From: Actinobacteria bacterium UBA7524
Lineage (GTDB): Bacteria > Actinomycetota > Coriobacteriia > Anaerosomatales > UBA912
Length of the DNA: 20,000 nt
Reading direction: 5' to 3'
Assembly: GCA_002478275.1 (NCBI GenBank)
Contig: DLMY01000059.1
Coordinates: forward strand, 53,467-73,466
Shown: positions 9,216 through 14,439 of the stretch, in pieces
Numbering within the stretch: the first letter of the stretch is position 1
Layout: every line of letters starts with the position of its first letter
Made by a program: the position numbers and the translations under genes
Notes under the pieces: model-generated
Database searches by the model: none
What the model was told of the DNA's origin: nothing
The model's input: the letters and a program-made list of their open reading frames with translations, nothing else

Positions 9216-9556
9216 TCCCACCCGCGCCTCTGGAAGACGATGCGACGCACGGATGCGAGATTGTCGAAGAGCCTGATCCCGAAGGCCACGACCGCCGCAA
9301 GATAGAGTTCGCGCACCCCGATACGATCGCCGATGAACACGATGAACGCAGCGAGCAACGTGTTGGTGATGAACCCGAACGCGAACACCTTGTCGTCGAA
9401 GGTCCGCTCGAGCGAGGCCTTGATACCGCCAAAGCACGAGTCGAACGCGGCAAGCACGGCGACGCCCACGTACGTGAGCAGGTTCGGCGGTATCTGCAGG
9501 TCTGTGAGTAACCCCAGCGTCACGCCGAGTGCCAGTGCGAGCACGAGCACCATCAT
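9212..9556 (-). CDS. sbp: Small basic protein family (DUF1290) membrane protein
   Basis: 114 aa with YVGVAVLAAFDSCFGGIKA.L...FDDKVF..GF..N.LLA...GD.IGV..LYLAAVVAFGIRLF.NL...RR; sits between two DUF881 genes with ATGA overlaps. Confidence 0.92.
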   Translation of the reverse strand: MMVLVLALALGVTLGLLTDLQIPPNLLTYVGVAVLAAFDSCFGGIKASLERTFDDKVFAFGFITNTLLAAFIVFIGDRIGVRELYLAAVVAFGIRLFDNLASVRRIVFQRRGWE

Positions 9557-10284
9557 GACGGATCGCCTCCCACTTGCTGGAGGTACTGCGGCCGCAGGGT
9601 GCCCTTGAACGCAGCGACCTGCAGGCGGTTGGACTGACTCACCGAGACCTGCAGGCTGAACTGCTTCTTGTAGGTGACGAGCACGAGCGAAGCACTGTGG
9701 TCCTCGGCCAGTGCGGCCTCCAGCTCGACCGGGTCACCGATCGCGCGGACGGTGTAGGGGCTGCCTATCCGCACCGAGTTGACCAGTATCGTGGTGCCCG
9801 CACAGCGGATCGGCGTGGTACCGACGATACGCTCGCCGTTGACGTCGATCGCTTCCGCGCCGCCCGCGAGCAGCGCGTTCACAACTGCCGCGAGGTCGGT
9901 GTCGTGGATGACGTAATCGTTGGGGTCGGCGCCGGGCGGCACCTCGGTCCCGTCAGCGAGGATGACTTCGAGGCCCGGGCCGACAACCCCTGACAGGCCC
10001 GCCGATGCGCGCGCCTCGCGCAACTCCCGCGAGAACGTCTCGCGCACACCGGCGTCTTCGGCCGCTTCACGCTCAAGATCGTTCATCCGGTGGCGAAGCT
10101 CGGAGAGGCGCTGCTGCAGCTCATCGCGTTGCGTTTCCATGTCCCGGGCGACCGTCGCGAGGTCGCCGACACGGTCCGGCCGTGCCTGACCCAGGTCGCG
10201 AGCGGTGTTGAATGCGATCGCGACGAGGAATCCGAGCATGGCGAAGACTATGACGAGCGATGGGCGAAAAGTGATGCGGTCCAT
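9553..10284 (-). CDS. DUF881 (YlxW/YlxX-like) protein, 243 aa
   Basis: TM helix, coiled coil, AGLSGVVGPGLEVILAD, IHDTDL..VVNAL.AGGAEAIDVNGERI...T.IRCAG..ILVN and PYTVRAIGDP. Confidence 0.92.
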   Translation of the reverse strand: MDRITFRPSLVIVFAMLGFLVAIAFNTARDLGQARPDRVGDLATVARDMETQRDELQQRLSELRHRMNDLEREAAEDAGVRETFSRELREARASAGLSGVVGPGLEVILADGTEVPPGADPNDYVIHDTDLAAVVNALLAGGAEAIDVNGERIVGTTPIRCAGTTILVNSVRIGSPYTVRAIGDPVELEAALAEDHSASLVLVTYKKQFSLQVSVSQSNRLQVAAFKGTLRPQYLQQVGGDPS

Positions 10285-10317
10285 TACGTCCCGGTTTCGT
10301 GTTCGACTGAACGCTAC

Positions 10318-10326
10318 ATTATAGCA
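10318..10326 (-). promoter_or_regulatory. Extended -10 housekeeping-sigma promoter (TGcTATAAT) for the DUF881-sbp-DUF881-VanW(-paaK-ACT) unit
   Basis: Perfect TGnTATAAT on the minus strand, 33 nt upstream of the ATG at 10284, in otherwise GC-rich DNA; no recognisable -35. Confidence 0.75.
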
Positions 10327-10340
10327 GCCGCGAGGAAGCC

Positions 10341-11012
10341 TTAGTACGTATCCTGTCCCGTCGGGCCCGGTCCCGGCGTGTCCAGTCCTAGCGGATCGAG
10401 TCCGAGCAGGACACGGATGACGGCGTGAGCCTCGTGAGCGGCGGCCACCATCACCCGGGAGGCCAGTAACGGCAGCCCCCCGCGAACGTCTGACTCGAAG
10501 TCGCCGGCGACCCAGACGTTTCTGGCCAGCGAAACCGTCTCGATGGTGTTCGCGCTGTCATAGCCGGCAAGCCCGGAGGCGCACACGAGTGGCACGTCCG
10601 GCAACTCCCGGCAACAGACCTCCATGATGAGAGCCTTCGTCTCAGCGCCGTCCACCGCCTCGACGATGGCGTCACATCCACGAACCATCGCGCCGAGTGT
10701 CTCTGCCGTGATGCGGTCGTTGACGAGCGTTAGTCGCGCTCCCGAATCGATTCGCACCAGCGTCTCGGCAAGCGCATCGACCTTGTCGCGGCCGATCTGA
10801 TCGCAGAAGAACAGCTGCCGGTTCAGGTTCCCGGGCTCCACGACGTCGCAGTCGACAAGCGTCAGAGTGCGGACGCCGCTTCTAAGCAGCATCGCAGCGA
10901 TGTTGCTGCCCAGACCCCCGCAGCCTAGGATCGCTACCGAGGAGCTCCGCAGTCGCTCACGCAGTTCTGCGTCGGAAATCAAGCACTCCCCCGAGTCCAG
11001 CGTGTCCGTCAT
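10341..11012 (-). CDS. thiF: ThiF/MoeB-family sulfur-carrier adenylyltransferase (E1-like; short type without Zn-binding CxxC pairs)
   Basis: VAILGCGGLGS nucleotide loop, LVDCDVVEPGNLNRQ, QIGRDKV, IVEAVD and ASGLAG; directly downstream of a GG-terminated MoaD/ThiS gene. Confidence 0.88.
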   Translation of the reverse strand: MTDTLDSGECLISDAELRERLRSSSVAILGCGGLGSNIAAMLLRSGVRTLTLVDCDVVEPGNLNRQLFFCDQIGRDKVDALAETLVRIDSGARLTLVNDRITAETLGAMVRGCDAIVEAVDGAETKALIMEVCCRELPDVPLVCASGLAGYDSANTIETVSLARNVWVAGDFESDVRGGLPLLASRVMVAAAHEAHAVIRVLLGLDPLGLDTPGPGPTGQDTY

Positions 11013-11017
11013 CGCCG

Positions 11018-11254
11018 CTAACCTCCTGCCACCGGCGGGAAGATGGCCAGCCGTTGGCCTTCATGGAGCGGTGCGCTCTCCTCGGCATGCCGGGAATCCA
11101 CGAACACGATACGCGGCTGGTCCGGAAGGCCGAGTACGGAGATCAGGTCAGCGATCGTGGTGCCCTCTGCGAGATCGTACGTGCGTGTGCGAGTGTCGCC
11201 GTCAACCGAGTGGTACTCGGACAACGAGGCGAACAGGGCCACATCGACCTTCAT
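11018..11254 (-). CDS. moaD: MoaD/ThiS-family sulfur carrier protein with C-terminal diglycine, 78 aa
   Basis: RBS GGAGG then ATG at 11254; MKVDVALFASL...GTTIADLI..LGLP...VFVD...LHEGQRLAIFPPVAGG*. Confidence 0.9.
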   Translation of the reverse strand: MKVDVALFASLSEYHSVDGDTRTRTYDLAEGTTIADLISVLGLPDQPRIVFVDSRHAEESAPLHEGQRLAIFPPVAGG

Positions 11255-11279
11255 GCACACACCTCCATCCGCGCGACCA

Positions 11280-11314
11280 GTGTGCCCCCGCCTCGCCTTG
11301 AGACGGGGGCACAC
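11280..11314 (-). terminator. 15-bp GC-rich stem-loop between aor and moaD; terminator-like or mRNA-stabilising, no U tract
   Basis: GTGTGCCCCCG (11280-11290) pairs with CGGGGGCACAC (11304-11314), plus 4 inner pairs. One of these is a G-U pair only on the minus-strand RNA. 5-nt loop. Confidence 0.65.
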
Positions 11315-11355
11315 CTGTACGCTTCAGACCGCAACCGCCAGGCCGCGATCCTCTC

Positions 11356-13131
11356 CTACTCGAGACCCATCTGCGCCGCTACCTCGGGCACGAAGTCGTA
11401 CACCGAGTCGAGGTCGGCGTCGGAGACCATGAACTTGATGTTGTGCGGCGGAAGCTCGACGTTCTTGAAGAACTCGGGCAAGCGGTCATCGGCAGGACCG
11501 AATCCGGCCCGGTCGTTGAAGAGCTTCTCGTAGACGAGCGTCTCTTTGCCGACTTGCATCAGCGCATCTGCATCCCAGGGCTGTCCGGTGTGAGCCTCGG
11601 TCATCTCGAAGATGGCGTTGAACGCCTCGGGGATATCGAGGACCGGGAACGCTACGAAGATGCAGAACCCCAGCGCATCAAGCATCGCTGTCGCGATCTG
11701 CAGGTTGCGCGAAAGCTCGGCCTGGCCCTCGGCCTTCAAAGGATCGACATCGCCTCCGACCTTGAGGATGTTGGTGGCGACCGTGTAACCGGCTGTATGG
11801 TCGGCGCCCATCGTCGAGGTCGCGTATGTCACGCCGATGCCCTGCACCGCACGCGGGTCATACGCCGGCAGCGCCTGGTGCTTGACGACCGGGATGTGTG
11901 CGACGCCGAACGCCTTGCCGGTCGCCTCCGCTCCATCCCCGAGGACCCTACCGGGCTCCCCTCCCTCGAATATGCTCCTGAGCGCCGCGATCGCGGCCGG
12001 GCCATCTCCGAAGGCGATCTTGCCTGAATCCATGTAGACGGCCATCGTGGCGCCCATCTCGATGGTGTCCAGGCCGAACTCGCCGCAGATACGGTCGAGC
12101 TCCGCGATGTCATCTAGGTCATCGATCCCACAGTCTGCACCGAACGACCACACGGTCTCGTACTCGGGACCCTTTGTCTTGTAGTGCCCGTCCTTATCGA
12201 CGTAGTAGCGTGAGCACTGGATCACACAGCCAGTGTGACAGCCGTGGCTGACATCTCCGCCGCGCTCCAACGTGACTTCACGCATCCTCTCACCGCTGGT
12301 GGCCTCGGCACCCTCGAACGAACCCTCCGAGAAGTTCCGCGTCGGCAGTCCACCGGCCTCAGAAAGGATGTTCGTGAGTACGTTAGTGCCGTACGTCGGC
12401 AGACCCTGGCCGGAGACAGGATGCTCTTTGAGCGCTGAACTGAAGGTCTTGAGCGCTGCACTGAACGCCTCTTTGTCGGCATGCGCCGGCGTCCCGACGC
12501 CCTTGTCAGACACGACGATCGCCTTGAGGCCCTTGGAGCCCATGACCGCGCCCATACCACCACGGCCGGCGAAACGGTTCGGGAGACCCTTCATGTCAGA
12601 GACCGCGATGCCGGATGCTTTGAGACCGGCTTCACCAGCCGGTCCGTTAGTGATAGTGGAGTAGCGGTCGTCTTCAGGCCGCGTCGCCTTGATCATGTCG
12701 GCCAAGGCATAGTTCTGCACGCCTGCCCATTCATCGACACGGCTGAGCGAGGCCGAGCCGTCAGCTTCGATGGTGAGCATGTAACGAGCATCGGGGTCCG
12801 CTGGCTTACCTGTGACGATGATCGCCGCGATCTCAAGACGACCCAACGCGTTAGCGGCCTGACCGCCCGAGTTCGACTCCTTGATGCCGCCCGTGAGCGG
12901 GCTCTTGGCTCCGACCGAAAGGCGGCCGCCATTTGGCGTGTTCGTGCCGCCGAGCAAGCCCGGGGCGAACACCAGCACGTTATCCGCACCGAGCGGATCG
13001 GCCGTCGGAGGAACCTCGGCGAAGACGATGGCCGACGTCAACGCTCGCCCGCCATAGCGAGCCCATCCCGCCGGCAGGTCCTCCTTCGTGATCGTGAGGT
13101 CCGACATGTTGACTCGCAACAGATACCGCAT
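11356..13131 (-). CDS. aor: Aldehyde:ferredoxin oxidoreductase (tungstopterin, 4Fe-4S), 591 aa
   Basis: Start corrected to ATG at 13131 (RBS AAGGAGG, 8-nt spacing). Motifs AKSPLTGGIKESNSGG, GPAGE, AGRGGMGAVMGSKGLKAI, LPTRNF, Fe-S cysteines GCHTGCVIQCS and LGFCIF, PEYET, GLDTI, YDPRA and DDRLPEFF. Confidence 0.95.
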   Translation of the reverse strand: MRYLLRVNMSDLTITKEDLPAGWARYGGRALTSAIVFAEVPPTADPLGADNVLVFAPGLLGGTNTPNGGRLSVGAKSPLTGGIKESNSGGQAANALGRLEIAAIIVTGKPADPDARYMLTIEADGSASLSRVDEWAGVQNYALADMIKATRPEDDRYSTITNGPAGEAGLKASGIAVSDMKGLPNRFAGRGGMGAVMGSKGLKAIVVSDKGVGTPAHADKEAFSAALKTFSSALKEHPVSGQGLPTYGTNVLTNILSEAGGLPTRNFSEGSFEGAEATSGERMREVTLERGGDVSHGCHTGCVIQCSRYYVDKDGHYKTKGPEYETVWSFGADCGIDDLDDIAELDRICGEFGLDTIEMGATMAVYMDSGKIAFGDGPAAIAALRSIFEGGEPGRVLGDGAEATGKAFGVAHIPVVKHQALPAYDPRAVQGIGVTYATSTMGADHTAGYTVATNILKVGGDVDPLKAEGQAELSRNLQIATAMLDALGFCIFVAFPVLDIPEAFNAIFEMTEAHTGQPWDADALMQVGKETLVYEKLFNDRAGFGPADDRLPEFFKNVELPPHNIKFMVSDADLDSVYDFVPEVAAQMGLE

Positions 13132-13150
13132 GAGCACCGCCTCCTTTAGG

Positions 13151-13248
13151 GCACGAATTCCGTGCGCAAAGCCCGCGGACAGGAGCGCGGGCGTACTCTG
13201 ACTATTCCCACAGTCAGAGGTTCTACAATCGTCAGGAATAGAGATTGT
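13151..13248 (-). promoter_or_regulatory. Four adjacent inverted repeats upstream of aor (structured 5' leader and/or operators)
   Basis: GCACG/CGTGC (13151-13165); GCCCGCG/CGCGGGC (13171-13192); CTCTGACT/AGTCAGAG (13196-13219); ACAATC/GATTGT (13225-13248). Confidence 0.55.
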
Positions 13249-13270
13249 GCGCCGGGACGACTACGGACCC

Positions 13271-13594
13271 TCAATCTGTGAGGTCTCCGTCCTGTCCTGT
13301 CTTCGAACGGCCAGCGCGATACAGTCCGAGGTAGAAGCGGTGAGGTCCCGGGGTTCCGTAGGGGACGAACGCCACCCTGTCGCCAGGCATGACGGCATGC
13401 CCGACGTCATAGACCGTCCGATTGACGAAGACGCCTTCGATCAGATCGAGATCCAGTCCGAGGTCGAGTGCGATCCGGCGCGCCGTGGTGCCTTCTTCGG
13501 GAACCTCGATCTCGACACACGAAGGCAGTCCCTCGGCCGCGCGAGCCGAGTGCAACAACCCGAACATCCTGACTGTCACCGCTGAATCACTCAT
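13271..13594 (-). CDS. MoaD/ThiS-like beta-grasp protein without C-terminal GG, 107 aa
   Basis: VTVRMFGLLH...EIEVPEEGTTARRIALDLGL....IEGVFVN.......VMPGDRVAFVPYGTPGPHRFYLG. ATG at 13594 is preferred because a -10-like TATCTT lies 6 nt upstream (leaderless geometry); GTG at 13609 is the alternative. Confidence 0.82.
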   Translation of the reverse strand: MSDSAVTVRMFGLLHSARAAEGLPSCVEIEVPEEGTTARRIALDLGLDLDLIEGVFVNRTVYDVGHAVMPGDRVAFVPYGTPGPHRFYLGLYRAGRSKTGQDGDLTD

Positions 13595-13606
13595 TGCTCT
13601 AAGATA

Positions 13607-13634
13607 CACCGCCTCATAGCACCCACCGCCTCAT
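13607..13634. repeat. Perfect 11-bp direct repeat CACCGCCTCAT, two copies with a 17-bp period, in the divergent region between the two MoaD-like genes
   Basis: Copies at 13607-13617 and 13624-13634, abutting the putative -10 hexamer at 13601-13606. Confidence 0.7.
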
Positions 13635-13719
13635 GGTCGCGTCCGCGCCAGCGTCGCTCCGACTCTGGACGCCCTGGCGCGTCCCTTGCTGCGATAGCCC
13701 ATCCGAAGAAAGGCACCGC

Positions 13720-14010
13720 ATGACCACAGCATCCACCGTACACGTCCGATGCCTCGCGTTCCTCCACGCCTACCAGCGAGAACGAGACCTCCCTGTCAGT
13801 TTCGACGTCGAGGTCCCGGACAGCGGTATCTCCGCCAAGTCCCTGGCGAAACAGATCGAACTGCCCACAGAACGCATCGAAGGTGTCTTTCTGAACAACC
13901 GCATCTCGGGACTGGACGCCACTGTCCGCCGAGGAGACCGTGTCGCCTTCGTTCCCGCGGGCACTCCGGCGTCTCATCCGTCGTTCTTCGGGCCGTTCGT
14001 CACTCGTTGA
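13720..14010 (+). CDS. Second MoaD/ThiS-like beta-grasp protein without C-terminal GG, 96 aa; paralog of 13271..13594
   Basis: RBS GAAAGG then ATG at 13720; VHVRCLAFLH...DVEVPDSGISAKSLAKQIELP.ERIEGVFLN.......VRRGDRVAFVPAGTPASH. Aligns end to end with the divergent gene. Confidence 0.82.
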   Translation: MTTASTVHVRCLAFLHAYQRERDLPVSFDVEVPDSGISAKSLAKQIELPTERIEGVFLNNRISGLDATVRRGDRVAFVPAGTPASHPSFFGPFVTR

Positions 14011-14383
14011 TCTTGCCCTGGTCGCGAACGGCCTGCGGGATGACGGTTCTCTGCTTCCCGTCCTTCTCTTCGACCACCACCACGGTCGCCGTGTTGGCGC
14101 CGTCGTTCGTGGCAACGTCTGCGAGAAAGACCCGCTCATAGCTGTCCAGGTCGGTGTCTTCTCCGGCTCCGCTGAGAATCATGATGGCCATCATCCGATG
14201 GCTCTCGCTCATGCCGTCGTCCACCTGCTTGAGGTCGCTCTTGACCCCTTGCTCACCGACGCCCCAGATCTCGCCGACATCCCCGCGGGCCTCCCACCCG
14301 GCCTTATGGGCCGGTGAAGTACCACATCCCGACAGTACGATCAACGCGAACAACAGTGCCCCGACCAGCAACCTTCTCAGCAT
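14000..14383 (-). CDS. Hypothetical lipoprotein, 127 aa
   Basis: RBS AGGAG then ATG at 14383; signal MLRRLLVGALLFALIVLSG|C with lipobox LSGC. No domain recognised. Confidence 0.72.
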   Translation of the reverse strand: MLRRLLVGALLFALIVLSGCGTSPAHKAGWEARGDVGEIWGVGEQGVKSDLKQVDDGMSESHRMMAIMILSGAGEDTDLDSYERVFLADVATNDGANTATVVVVEEKDGKQRTVIPQAVRDQGKINE

Positions 14384-14439
14384 GTACCTGCTCCTATCCT
14401 CGTCGGCGAGAAGACCCGCGTCTTGCCTGCGGACCCGCG

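Noticed and set aside
5130..9305. 1391-aa plus-strand ORF
   Set aside because: Antisense shadow. paaK, both VanW halves and DUF881 happen to share one frame, and high GC3 suppresses stops on the opposite strand. The translation has no recognisable motif.
8424..9437. ORF-track long starts (9437 for DUF881; also 17712, 14476, 13633, 13137, 11314 and 3440 for other genes)
   Set aside because: These extensions overlap neighbouring genes or hairpins, or lack a well-spaced RBS. Downstream starts with an RBS or ATGA coupling were used instead.
13149..13180. GGGCACGAATTCCGTGCGCAAAGCC resembling a sigma-54 promoter or the GCAAAGCC core of a c-di-GMP-I riboswitch
   Set aside because: It is on the wrong strand for aor, the GG-N10-GC spacing is not met, and the GNRA tetraloop/receptor architecture is missing.
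14413..14439. 8-bp direct repeat GACCCGCG (two copies) as a possible insertion scar
   Set aside because: Short and GC-rich, with no matching copy at the other edge of the AOR block near 10330.
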